64,000 nucleotides of DNA from Gemmatimonadaceae bacterium (GTDB lineage Bacteria > Gemmatimonadota > Gemmatimonadetes > Gemmatimonadales > Gemmatimonadaceae), in the NCBI GenBank assembly GCA_025934775.1, contig JAICWO010000004.1:114724-178723 (forward strand), given 5' to 3'. The notes beneath the pieces were generated by a model. It worked only from the letters and a program-made list of their open reading frames with translations, ran no database searches and was not told the origin of the DNA. The position numbers and the translations under genes were made by a program. Shown piece by piece: positions 33,401 to 41,822 of this stretch. The first letter of the stretch is position 1. Every line of letters starts with the position of its first letter.

Positions 33401-34134
33401 CAATTCACGGAATCGGCGGAGCGCACGAGCAGCTCCACGCGTTCGGCGGCGAATCCGTTCAGCCGGGCCTCGATCAGCTCGTCGCCGCCCTTGGCGATGG
33501 TGGCGTTGCCCGGCGTGACCGCGATGCTGAACATCGCTGCCGGATTCACGGCTCGCCACGGCGTGGCGACGAGGGCCGCGCCGTGTCGCACGACCGACGG
33601 CCCGAACACCGTCAGGATCGTCACGATCGCGGCGACCGCGGCAAAGATGCCGGCGTTCGTGCGCAGCTCGCCCGCATCGACGGTCCGGCCGTCATCGACG
33701 GAGTGCACGCGCTCGAGCGCGCCGCGCGTGAGTCGCTCGATGAGCGCGGGCGAGCGCATCGCGCCCATGGCCGCCGCCGAATCGGCTCGCATCTCGACCG
33801 CGGTGACGACCGCGGCCTTTAGAGAACGCTCATGCTCCTCGAGATACAGCGCGACCTGCTCGTCGCGCAGCGTGGGGAGGAGGGGGAGGACGATGCACCA
33901 GATCGCGGTCCCCGCGATCGCGGCCAGCACGACGATGCGCGCGACGAGCACCACGGCGCCGTCGAACTTGAAGAGCTGCATCGCGTACGCCGCGGCAACG
34001 AGCACGATCCACGCGACCGCGATCGTGACGGCCGCCCCGCGCAGCAGCTTCTTCGCGCGATAGCGCGCGCGTACGCCGCGGACGACGCCGAGGAGCTGCG
34101 TCTGCTCGGGGCCAAAGCCATGAGCGCTTTCCAT
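30451..34134 (-). CDS. DUF4175-like giant membrane protein: N-terminal TM hairpin, Ig/beta-rich ectodomain, about 650-aa Q/G-rich coiled coil
   Basis: GGGGGAG Shine-Dalgarno 7 nt upstream. TM helices near residues 35-90 and 165-185. Contains poly-G and poly-Q runs and a (QGQ)n tract, and ends in a conserved-looking tail PPEYRQNVEEYYRSIG. It is the last gene of the MoxR operon. Confidence 0.8.
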   Translation of the reverse strand: MESAHGFGPEQTQLLGVVRGVRARYRAKKLLRGAAVTIAVAWIVLVAAAYAMQLFKFDGAVVLVARIVVLAAIAGTAIWCIVLPLLPTLRDEQVALYLEEHERSLKAAVVTAVEMRADSAAAMGAMRSPALIERLTRGALERVHSVDDGRTVDAGELRTNAGIFAAVAAIVTILTVFGPSVVRHGAALVATPWRAVNPAAMFSIAVTPGNATIAKGGDELIEARLNGFAAERVELLVRSADSVNWTRVPMLADSTGRYAYRLFDIGGKTQYAVEASGVRSDAFTIDVANLPYVKRIDLQYRPPAYTELPPTDVDSTGDIAALAGTMVRIRLTSTVPAAAGRIVVDGGDTLKLVPLPDGRLMAMLRVEKPGFYKVELRAADGTMVAGSLSYLIDVIPDRPPTVQFTKPGRDERVLSVDEVYTEARAQDDYGVAKLDLVYSVNGGPEHIVSLHDGARALRDLSAGHTLMLEDMKLQPGDVVSYYARATDNDAVSGAQTATTDIYFLNVRPYEQDYRQQQGGGGGGGGGGQQNDAGQLSQQQREIIAATFKTVRDSAQTDAKALGENVSTIQLSQQRLKNQVGQLVARLNQRGIAGSDSNWKKISDILDKAGSEMDSAVQELSSKAPKAAMQPEQRALQQLQRADAVFRDIQVSMGNQGGGGGGGGNRTNAQDLADIFELQRDKLRNQYETVQHAQQQQQQQQSDNQVDETLEKLRQLAARQQQENERLQRKADSLGQRGGGGASGGQSQRDLAQQTEEQARQLERLAREQQSQAMADAARRLQDAASAMRRAAANGQRGAESAQALDNLEQARRLLDQQKSGRGERDLNDAMRTAQQLADQEKQVQSDVSKLAQGGGSAAQQQQQVQESIAQQKGAMADEVKSLKSALDRMAATGQRDQRDVARALASAADSLRGRKLEEKLRYTQQQTRTAPPEWMNQAEQSISSDIANLGQQLQQAQGAAQSANGRQQSAQAADRARDLVQGVESMNERLREAEQRADSASRQGTSRGLRDAQSGERNDTAGSRDGQRGQRASQNQQGRSGQQGVRTQQPQQGQQGQQGQQGQAQGGQQQGNGAGRGEGQRQGGQLGNGGAPNASGAPGGRSTPNGARLTPGDAAQFSREAQQRLSDAEALRRDLQRQGLPTAELDRAIAGLRQLTDPAALENSSTQLRAQVVDGLKEFEFGLRKRLGEDDNTKLLLERSGDVPPEYRQNVEEYYRSIGKGKPAPKP
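30948..30983. repeat. perfect 9-bp tandem repeat (GGCCTTGTT)x4 inside the giant gene
   Basis: Four exact copies, encoding QGQQGQQGQQGQ on the minus strand. Confidence 0.9.
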
Positions 34135-34161
34135 CGTTTTTCTCCCCCAAACGCCTGTCGT

Positions 34162-36240
34162 TCAGCTCGTCGCGCGCGACAGCCGGTTCGAGACGGTCGT
34201 CTCGGCGGCCAGCAACAACAATGCGACGAGCAGCAAATACCACCAAACCCGCTGGCGCCGCTCCTGGTCCTGCGGCGTCGATGTCTCGAGATCAGATGAT
34301 GCCGCCGACTGCGCGCCCGACCCGGTGACCGCGGCGACGAGATCCTGCGGCGTGAAGTGCGTGAGGTCGCTCTCGGAGGCGTCGAGATTCACGGCCATGG
34401 GACGTCCACCGCCGACCGGCGTGTCGCGGCCACGAAGCTCGTAGAAGCCTTGCTCCGCGAGCGGGACGAGATGTCCCACTCCGGTCGCCGTCGCTCGAAT
34501 CTTCGCGCCAGACGGCGTCTGGACCACGAACTCGCTCGCGCTATCCGCGGCACCGCGCGTGAAAGCTGCGGTCAGCTCCTCGTGCCGCGAGAGATCGAGC
34601 ACCTCTCCGGCGGTGTACCACGGCCGCGGATCCGCGTATCGGCCGGCGTGCTGCGCGAGCTGATGCACGAAGGGCAAGAAGACCGGCTGCAACGGAAGGC
34701 TCGTCCAGTAGGCGTCCATCGTCGAGGCCCACTCGAGGATTTTGCCGCGGCCGACGGTGCGTTCCACGAGCGCCGGGGCGCCATCGTCGAACCGGGCGAG
34801 CACGCTCGCACCGGCGGACGGTGAGAGCGCGCGATAGCGGAAGAAGCGCGCGGTGGAGAAATCGCCGCTCCGCGGCGCATTGAAGATCTCGAATATCGGG
34901 TGCGCGTAGTCGATCGACGACAGTGTGCCGCCCGCGTCCGCGGTGCGATCGATCGTCGCGCCGGCGCTCGCCGGCATCACCGTCCGCCAATCGGCCGGGA
35001 GGGCATTCGCGCCGTTGGCTCCGGCGATGACGAGCAAGCCGCTCCCGGATTGCACGAGGTTCCGAAGCTGTGCGCCAACCGGGCCGCCCGGCGGCGCGAC
35101 CTCGTCGAGGATCACGAGCGCGCGGCCGTCGATGTCGCGCGGCGTGAGCGCCGAGGCGGACTTCACGTCGACGCGGAACGACGGCCGGTCCCCGATCGCG
35201 AGCGCGCGGCTGAGAAAGAGCGACTGATTGTCGCGCGCGCCCGACGGCTCGACGAGGAGCACGGGAACGGCGTCGTCGGGCGCGAGCGTGAAGTCGAAGA
35301 TGTCGTCCTCGGGGAGCGAGTCCGGCGTGAGCCGCACGCTGCCGCGCGTCGCGCCGTTCGGCACGGCGATGGAGGCGAACGCGATCTGTTTGGCGCCGTG
35401 CGCCGGAATCGACGCCGATTGCGTCTGCACCGTGCGGCCGCCGACGGCGAGACTCACGCTCACCGGCTTGTCGGGGGCGCCAGTGTTCGTCACGCGCGCG
35501 GCGACGATCACGTGGTCGCGCGGTCCGGCGCTGTCTCGGTCAGTCGTGACTCGAGACACGGCGAGGTCTGGCGACGCGGCGGCGGCGACGTCGATCGGCG
35601 TGATCGCGGTGCCGCGCGGGAACCCCACTTCATCGTGCGTCGTCCAGCCGGTCTTTTGAAAATCAGAAACGAGCACCACCTCGCGCCGCGGGAGCTTGGA
35701 CGAGGCGATGATCTGCGACGCGAGCTTGAGCGCGGCGCCGTATCGCGTGCCTTCGCTCGTCAACTTCGCCGCATCGATCGCCGCGGCGACGGCGGCGGGT
35801 GCCGCGTTGGGCGGCGTGGCGACTGCGGCATCGTTCGCGAACAGCACGAGCGTGGCGCGATCGTCCGGCGCCAGCGTGCCCACCGCCTTCTTCGCCGCGG
35901 CGCGGGCGCTCGTCCACCGCGAGCCGTAGCCCATGCTCGCGGAATGGTCGAGCAGGATCACGACCTCGCGCGCGCCGCTCGTCGCGACGGCCGGCTGCGT
36001 GCGCTCGAAGAACGGACGCGCGAAGGCGGCGGCGAGCAGCGCGAACGCGAGGCAGCGCAGAATTAGTAGCAATAGGTGTCTAATTTTCTGCCGGCGGACC
36101 GATTTGTACGGAATCCGCTGGAGGAACATCAGCGACGGGAACTCCACCACGACGCGCTTCTCCCGGTGGATCAGGTGAATGATCACCGGAACCGCGATCG
36201 CGGCGAGGCCGAGGAGGAAGGCCGGAGCGAGGAAGCTCAC
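34162..36240 (-). CDS. BatA-N-terminal (double-TM) + von Willebrand factor A domain membrane protein
   Basis: VSFLAPAFLLGLAAIAVPVIIHLI opening (aerotolerance-regulator N-terminal signature), MIDAS DHSAS, and a C-terminal TM. Confidence 0.85.
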   Translation of the reverse strand: MSFLAPAFLLGLAAIAVPVIIHLIHREKRVVVEFPSLMFLQRIPYKSVRRQKIRHLLLLILRCLAFALLAAAFARPFFERTQPAVATSGAREVVILLDHSASMGYGSRWTSARAAAKKAVGTLAPDDRATLVLFANDAAVATPPNAAPAAVAAAIDAAKLTSEGTRYGAALKLASQIIASSKLPRREVVLVSDFQKTGWTTHDEVGFPRGTAITPIDVAAAASPDLAVSRVTTDRDSAGPRDHVIVAARVTNTGAPDKPVSVSLAVGGRTVQTQSASIPAHGAKQIAFASIAVPNGATRGSVRLTPDSLPEDDIFDFTLAPDDAVPVLLVEPSGARDNQSLFLSRALAIGDRPSFRVDVKSASALTPRDIDGRALVILDEVAPPGGPVGAQLRNLVQSGSGLLVIAGANGANALPADWRTVMPASAGATIDRTADAGGTLSSIDYAHPIFEIFNAPRSGDFSTARFFRYRALSPSAGASVLARFDDGAPALVERTVGRGKILEWASTMDAYWTSLPLQPVFLPFVHQLAQHAGRYADPRPWYTAGEVLDLSRHEELTAAFTRGAADSASEFVVQTPSGAKIRATATGVGHLVPLAEQGFYELRGRDTPVGGGRPMAVNLDASESDLTHFTPQDLVAAVTGSGAQSAASSDLETSTPQDQERRQRVWWYLLLVALLLLAAETTVSNRLSRATS

Positions 36241-36248
36241 CGAAACAC

Positions 36249-37196
36249 CTATCGCACCCGATTGAAGCGTTGCCGCGCGGCGAGGTACGCGAACAACGCG
36301 CGATCGAGCGGCTTGGACGTATCGAACAGCGCGTAGTCCGCGCGCGCTTCGCCGACGCGCTTCGACAGATCCGTCGTGTGCTCGCGGACGAGCTCGCGAT
36401 ACTGCTTGCGCAAGTACTCGGGAATGACGGGCATCTTCTCGCCCGTTTCCATATCGATGAAGTTGCTCGAGTCGGCGAACGGAAAATCGAGCTCGCGGGG
36501 ATCGAGCACGTGGAAGACGATCATGTCGTTGCCGCGTCCGCGCACGTAGCCGAGCGCGTCGACCACCTCGGCCGCGTCCTCGTAGAGGTCGGAGATGAGG
36601 AGCACGAGACTCCGCCGCCGCAGCGTCTCCGAGAGCTTCTGGAGCGGCGGCAGCAGGCGCGACTTCCCCGCCTGCACGCGGCCGTCGCGCGCGCGATGCT
36701 CGACGCGATCGAGGGCGTGGAGTATCTGCTGCAGGTGCTTGGCGGACGGCGGCACGTAATCGACGACGTCGTTGTCAATCGTCGCCAGCCCGACGCGATC
36801 GCGCTGGGTGCTCGAGAAGTACGCGAGACAGGCGGCCAGATAACAGGCGTACGAGAGTTTCGAGATGCGACCATCGTCCGCGGTCGCGCCGTAGCGCATC
36901 GAGGGCGAGACGTCGACGATGATCAGAAAATTCGTATTCGTCTCGGCCTCGAACTCCTTGACGAAATACTTATCGGTCCGCGCCCACAACCGCCAATCGA
37001 TGCGCCGGATGTCGTCGCCCGGCATGTACGCCCGGTGCTCGGCGAAATCGGTCGATGCGCCGAGGTGCGGCGAGCGGTGCAAGCCGTTGATGAATCCTTC
37101 GACCACGGTCTTGGCGAGCAGCTCGAGATTCCCGATCCGCGCCAGAACGGACGGATCGAGGAACGAGGTCGAGGGCGTGAGCGCGGCCAGGCTCAC
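36249..37196 (-). CDS. DUF58 protein (VWA-like MoxR partner)
   Basis: GTG at 37196 overlaps the MoxR stop (GTGA). Signature DFAEHRAYMPGDDIRRIDWRLWARTDKYFVKEFE and DVSPSM. Confidence 0.85.
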   Translation of the reverse strand: MSLAALTPSTSFLDPSVLARIGNLELLAKTVVEGFINGLHRSPHLGASTDFAEHRAYMPGDDIRRIDWRLWARTDKYFVKEFEAETNTNFLIIVDVSPSMRYGATADDGRISKLSYACYLAACLAYFSSTQRDRVGLATIDNDVVDYVPPSAKHLQQILHALDRVEHRARDGRVQAGKSRLLPPLQKLSETLRRRSLVLLISDLYEDAAEVVDALGYVRGRGNDMIVFHVLDPRELDFPFADSSNFIDMETGEKMPVIPEYLRKQYRELVREHTTDLSKRVGEARADYALFDTSKPLDRALFAYLAARQRFNRVR

Positions 37197-38227
37197 CGCA
37201 TCCCGCTCGCCGGAACGGGCACGACCTTCACGAGCTTCTCGATGATCTCGTCGGTCGTGATCCGCTCCGATTCGGCGTGAAAGTTCGTGAGCACGCGGTG
37301 CCGCAGCACGGGCTTTGCCAGCGCGCGAATGTCTTCGAAGCTCACGTTGTAGCGACCGTCCATCAGCGCGCGCGCCTTGCCGCCGAGGATGAGCTGCTGC
37401 GGCGCGCGCGTGCTCGCGCCGTACGAGACCCATTGCTTGATGAAGTCCGGCGCGTTCGGGCCGGGACGACTCATGCGCGCCATGCTCACCGCGTAGCGCG
37501 CGACCGGCTCGGCGATCGGCACGCGGCGCACGAGCTGTTGGAACGCGCTGATGTCCGCACCCGTGACCGCGTGCTGAAAGCGGTGCGACTGCACCGACGT
37601 CGTCCGGGTCGCGACCTGCACCTCCTGATCCTCGGGCAGGTAGTCCATGATGATGTTGAACATGAAGCGATCGAGCTGCGCTTCGGGGAGCGGATAGGTG
37701 CCCTCGAGCTCGATCGGGTTCTGCGTCGCGAAGACGTGAAACGGCTCGTCGAGCGTGTACGTCTTGCCCTGGACCGTGACGCGGTGCTCCTGCATCGCTT
37801 CGAGGAGCGCCGACTGCGTCTTGGGCGGCGTGCGATTGATCTCGTCGGCGAGGACGATGTTCGCGAAGATCGGCCCGGGTGTGAACACCATGCGGCGACG
37901 TCCCGTTTCGGGATCGTCCTGGATGATGTCGGTGCCGGTGATGTCGCTCGGCATCAGATCGGGCGTGAACTGAATGCGCGAGAACTTGAGGTCGAGCACC
38001 TGCGCGACGGTGTTGATGAGCAGCGTCTTGGCGAGGCCGGGCACGCCGACGATGAGACTGTTGCCGCCGGTGAAGAGCGACAGCAGCACCAGCTCGATCA
38101 CCTGTTCCTGACCGACGATGAGCTTGCGCAGCTCGGCGATGATCTGGTCGTGTCCGGCCTTGAGTCGGTCCGCGAGAGCCAGATCGTCGCTGGAGTCGAG
38201 CGCGGGAGTCGAGATGGTGGTCGCCAT
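37193..38227 (-). CDS. moxR: MoxR-family AAA+ ATPase
   Basis: In-frame ATG at 38227. Walker A GVPGLAKT, Walker B LADEINR, plus IQFTPDLMPSDITG and VFATQNPIELEGTYPLPEAQLDRF. Confidence 0.95.
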   Translation of the reverse strand: MATTISTPALDSSDDLALADRLKAGHDQIIAELRKLIVGQEQVIELVLLSLFTGGNSLIVGVPGLAKTLLINTVAQVLDLKFSRIQFTPDLMPSDITGTDIIQDDPETGRRRMVFTPGPIFANIVLADEINRTPPKTQSALLEAMQEHRVTVQGKTYTLDEPFHVFATQNPIELEGTYPLPEAQLDRFMFNIIMDYLPEDQEVQVATRTTSVQSHRFQHAVTGADISAFQQLVRRVPIAEPVARYAVSMARMSRPGPNAPDFIKQWVSYGASTRAPQQLILGGKARALMDGRYNVSFEDIRALAKPVLRHRVLTNFHAESERITTDEIIEKLVKVVPVPASGMR

Positions 38228-38238
38228 GAGTGTCGGAG

Positions 38239-39081
38239 TCAGTGGGTCAACGCGTAGATGATGTAGTTGATGCCGAGCTTGTAGATCTGGTTCGCCTGAT
38301 CGACCGGCACGAAGCCCGTGCCGGACCACTGCCACGACTCGCCGATGTCGTCGTCGACGTTGGCGATGACCATCATGCGCTTGGTGGGATCGTTGTTCTC
38401 GTACACGGTCCAGTAGGTCGGCGGCCGCGTGCCGTACGCCGACGTCGACGGCCAGGTGACGGCCGTTTTCATGTCGATGTCGAAGAACGAATGGAAGATC
38501 GGCTCGTTCCCGGTGAGCTGGACCCAGCGCGCGCCCGGAATGGCTTTGGCCATGAGCTCCTGGAGGTGCGACCAGTCGTTCTCACCGCGCCAGCCCTCGC
38601 GGAAGTCGTCGAAGATCATGAACCCGCCCTTGAGCAGGTAATTGCGAAAGCCGGCGAGCTCCTTGTCGTTGGGGAACCAGCCGCCCGGCTCCGACATGTA
38701 GCTCACCGGGTACTTGAAGAGGGCGGGGTCGTCGAGCGCGACGAGCGCGCTGCCGACGATCGGCCCTGCCTGCACGAACGGGTTCACGTTCGTGATGTCG
38801 CGAAGGATCTTCACCAAATTCTCATCAGCATCCACGTAATCGTGCGACCACCCCGGCCCCTCGCGCCCGGCGAAGTGCGCGTATCCGCGATACCGGATCC
38901 GCGCGAAGGTGAAGCGGCCGTCGTACACCGGATTGCCGTGGAAGTCCGGCGGCTGGTACATGTCGTCCGGGCCGCCGAAATACTGGTTGTAGTATCCGCC
39001 GCCGCGCCGCTGGGCGCCGGCCGGAGCCAGCGCCGATGCAACGAGGGCCAGCGCGAGCGCGCTGTGTCCGAGAGCTCTCAC
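38239..39081 (-). CDS. DUF4159 secreted protein
   Basis: Signal peptide ..APAGAQ. Blocks FTFARIRY, GWSHDY, ALFKYPVSYMSEPG, GGFMIFDDF, INYIIYALTH. The GTG start overlaps the upstream stop (GTGA). Confidence 0.8.
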   Translation of the reverse strand: MRALGHSALALALVASALAPAGAQRRGGGYYNQYFGGPDDMYQPPDFHGNPVYDGRFTFARIRYRGYAHFAGREGPGWSHDYVDADENLVKILRDITNVNPFVQAGPIVGSALVALDDPALFKYPVSYMSEPGGWFPNDKELAGFRNYLLKGGFMIFDDFREGWRGENDWSHLQELMAKAIPGARWVQLTGNEPIFHSFFDIDMKTAVTWPSTSAYGTRPPTYWTVYENNDPTKRMMVIANVDDDIGESWQWSGTGFVPVDQANQIYKLGINYIIYALTH

Positions 39082-41822
39082 GGCTTTCCTCCTCCGGCCT
39101 GCTTCACGCGCGCGTCGTAGAGCGTGAGCAGGAGCGTTTGCGCTTTCTCGTAATTGGGTGCGGCCTCGAGCGCGCGAAGCACGCTCGTGCGCGCGTGCAC
39201 GTCGTCACCCGCCTCGTGCTGCGCCTCGGCGAGCTGATAGAGCGCGTCGGCCTTGTCGACTGGCCCGAGCGCCACGATCGCCTCGCGCTCGCGCACGGCG
39301 CGCTGCTTCTGCCCCGCGGCGCGCGACAGCTCGGCGAGGCGCTGGTGCATCGCGATGTCGAACGGATTGATGAAGATGGCGCGGTCCATCGCGTTCGCCG
39401 CGGCGGCGGTGTCGCCGAGCTGCAGGCGCAGCTTCGCGAGCTCCATCAGTCCGTCGTAGTTCGTTTCGGTGAGCGACATCCATTTGTCGATGACGTCCGC
39501 TTCCTTGCGCGTGTCGGCTTTCTTCTTGTATGCCTTCGCGAGCAGCGCGTATGGACTGTCGTCGCCGCCGTATTCTGGGAACAGCGCACGGGCGCGCTCG
39601 AGCACCGGAATGGCGAGATCGGTCTGTTGGCGTGTCAGCAGCGCGGTGCCGACGAGGAGCTGCGTGCCGAAGTCGTTCGGCGCTTTCGCGGCGAGCGACT
39701 CGAGCTGCTCGGTCGCCATTTCCGCGGAAATGTGCGGCGGCTCGGCGGTGACGGACGGCAGCACCCCCGCGAATCGTGTACGGAGATAGTCGTCGAATTT
39801 CTTGTCGAACGACTCGAGACTGGTGTGCAGCACGCGCTGGAACACCTGATCCGTCATCAAGCCGTCCTTGTAGCCGCGCAGCATCGCGAGCAGCGCCGGC
39901 TCGCCGTAGTCGCGCGCGATCAGCTCGCAGACGAGCGAGGCCTCGTAATATGAGAACTGTACTTGCGCGGGATACGCCGGATGCATGAAGCCGTCGTTCA
40001 TGCGGCTCACCGGCACCAGCTTGCCCGCCTTGAACGCCGCGAGGAAATCCGGCGTCACGTTGAATCCCCACCCGGGCGCGAGTCCGTGATGCTCCTCGTA
40101 GACCGACAATCCTTCAGAGAGCCAGCGCGGCACACGATTGTCGGTGAGTCCAAGCGTGAACGTGTGCGCGAGCTCGTGCCAGACGGTCGATCCCCAGTTG
40201 AAGGGTCCGGCATCCTTCGCGGCCGGCGAGTCGAACGCGAGGGTGGTCCCGAAGCTCACGCCGAGCGCTCCGAGCCCGGCGAGTCCCACCGTGCGTACGG
40301 AAAAGTCCGCGTGGCTGCGATAGACCTCGATCCGCACCGGGGGCGGCGGCAGGTAGTCGTACTTTTTGGAGAACGTCGCGTAGGCGCGCTCGGCCAGATC
40401 CTTCAGATAGATGGAGAGGACGGGGGCTTCATCCTTTTCGATCATGAACTGGAAATGCTCGCTCGGGATCAGGTCGTAGTTCTTGTAGGTGTCGAGCAAG
40501 TCGAGCGTGTTCTTGACCCACACGTTGTAGGGATCGCCCTTGAACGCGGTGTCGAGACTCGCTTTCCCGTCGTCGATTTTCCCGAGACGAAGCTGGTTCA
40601 TGCCGAGCAGGCTCCACGCCCGCCAATCGCGGCCATCGAGCGACACGCTCTGTCTGGCGAAATCCGCCGCTTCCCTATACAGGCGCACTTGGCCCGCGAG
40701 CTCGGCGAGCGTCGCGTAGAACTCGGCGTCGCTGGGGTTGACGGAGAGCGCGCGCCGTTTGGCCGCGTCGAAGGCAGCCTGATCGTGTGAGAGAAATTTG
40801 ATTGCCGCCGCGACGGCGAGTGCGCGGCGCGCCGTGGGATTCACCTTCAGCGCGCGATCGATGTCCCGCTCGGCACCGGCGTAATCCTCGAGCGAGAGGA
40901 GCATCTCGCCGTGGAGCGTGCGGGCCTCCACGTAATCAGGATTCACCTCGAGCGCGGCGCGCAGGAGCGAGTCGCCGCCCGCCTGCCCGTCCGCTTCGCG
41001 GCGCTCCGCGGCGCCGACGAGCGCGCGCGGATCGCGCGGATTGTTGTCGAGCACCTGCGTGAAGGTCTTCTCCGCGTCGTCGAAGTTGTACTTCTTCAGG
41101 AATAACTCGCCGAGCTTGTCCTTCGCGTCTTCATTCAGCGGATCGAGCTCGATCGCGCGGTCGAACGCCTTGAGCGCATCCTTGAACAGCTCGGGGTCCT
41201 TGTCGCCGAGATACTCGACTGCCGTTGCGACATCCACCAGCTCGGCGCTCGTCAGATTGTCGCCCGCCGATGCGTTATAGACGTCGATGAAGCGATCGAA
41301 TTCTTTCATCGCCGAGTCGCGCTCGCCGCGATCGTAGCGCAATTCAGCCAGGTGCAGCGCGGCGGTGAGACTGTCGCTCGCGTGTTCGGCTCGCGCCCGC
41401 ACGAACGCGCTCTCGGCGTCGGCGCGCTGTCCGCGAACGAGGAACACCTCGCCGAGCGTGTTCCACATCTCCTTCCCCTGCACGCCACTCGTCGCGCGGC
41501 GTGCGGTGCGTTCGGCATCGTCGTACTTGCCAGTCGTGAGATAGGCGCGCACGAGACCGCGCTGCGCATCGATCCAGGCGCTGTCGGACGGCGCGACCTT
41601 GGAGAGGATGACGATGGCGCTGTCGTATTGGCCGGTGTGAAGCGCCTCGCGGCCGTCGTCGATGGACTGGGCGGCGAGCGGGGCGACGGCCAGGAGTGTC
41701 ATTCCGAGCGCAGTCGCGAACCGGCGCAGTCGAGGAATCCGGGCTCGTGGAAGAACGATGCCCAACGAGCCCGGATTTCTCGACTCGCTGCGCTCGCTCG
41801 GAATGACATGAACCGGACTCAC
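39078..41822 (-). CDS. TPR-repeat protein with central gluzincin-type HExxH-18-E domain
   Basis: About 7 TPR units sit N-terminal and about 5 C-terminal to WHELAHTFTLGLTDNRVPRWLSEGLSVYEE (HELAH is encoded at 40164-40178). Start is ambiguous: GTG 41822 (GTGA-coupled), an internal TTG, or ATG 41702. The first 40 codons are a palindromic repeat. Confidence 0.8.
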   Translation of the reverse strand: MSPVHVIPSERSESRNPGSLGIVLPRARIPRLRRFATALGMTLLAVAPLAAQSIDDGREALHTGQYDSAIVILSKVAPSDSAWIDAQRGLVRAYLTTGKYDDAERTARRATSGVQGKEMWNTLGEVFLVRGQRADAESAFVRARAEHASDSLTAALHLAELRYDRGERDSAMKEFDRFIDVYNASAGDNLTSAELVDVATAVEYLGDKDPELFKDALKAFDRAIELDPLNEDAKDKLGELFLKKYNFDDAEKTFTQVLDNNPRDPRALVGAAERREADGQAGGDSLLRAALEVNPDYVEARTLHGEMLLSLEDYAGAERDIDRALKVNPTARRALAVAAAIKFLSHDQAAFDAAKRRALSVNPSDAEFYATLAELAGQVRLYREAADFARQSVSLDGRDWRAWSLLGMNQLRLGKIDDGKASLDTAFKGDPYNVWVKNTLDLLDTYKNYDLIPSEHFQFMIEKDEAPVLSIYLKDLAERAYATFSKKYDYLPPPPVRIEVYRSHADFSVRTVGLAGLGALGVSFGTTLAFDSPAAKDAGPFNWGSTVWHELAHTFTLGLTDNRVPRWLSEGLSVYEEHHGLAPGWGFNVTPDFLAAFKAGKLVPVSRMNDGFMHPAYPAQVQFSYYEASLVCELIARDYGEPALLAMLRGYKDGLMTDQVFQRVLHTSLESFDKKFDDYLRTRFAGVLPSVTAEPPHISAEMATEQLESLAAKAPNDFGTQLLVGTALLTRQQTDLAIPVLERARALFPEYGGDDSPYALLAKAYKKKADTRKEADVIDKWMSLTETNYDGLMELAKLRLQLGDTAAAANAMDRAIFINPFDIAMHQRLAELSRAAGQKQRAVREREAIVALGPVDKADALYQLAEAQHEAGDDVHARTSVLRALEAAPNYEKAQTLLLTLYDARVKQAGGGKP
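41698..41807. repeat. 110-nt palindromic (REP/MITE-like) element with termini GTCATTCCGAGCG / CGCTCGGAATGAC
   Basis: Perfect 13-nt termini, and inner arms TCGAGGAATCCGGGCTCG / CGAGCCCGGATTTCTCGA (17/18 bp). 18-nt loop. The left arm carries a 14-nt insertion. Confidence 0.7.
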
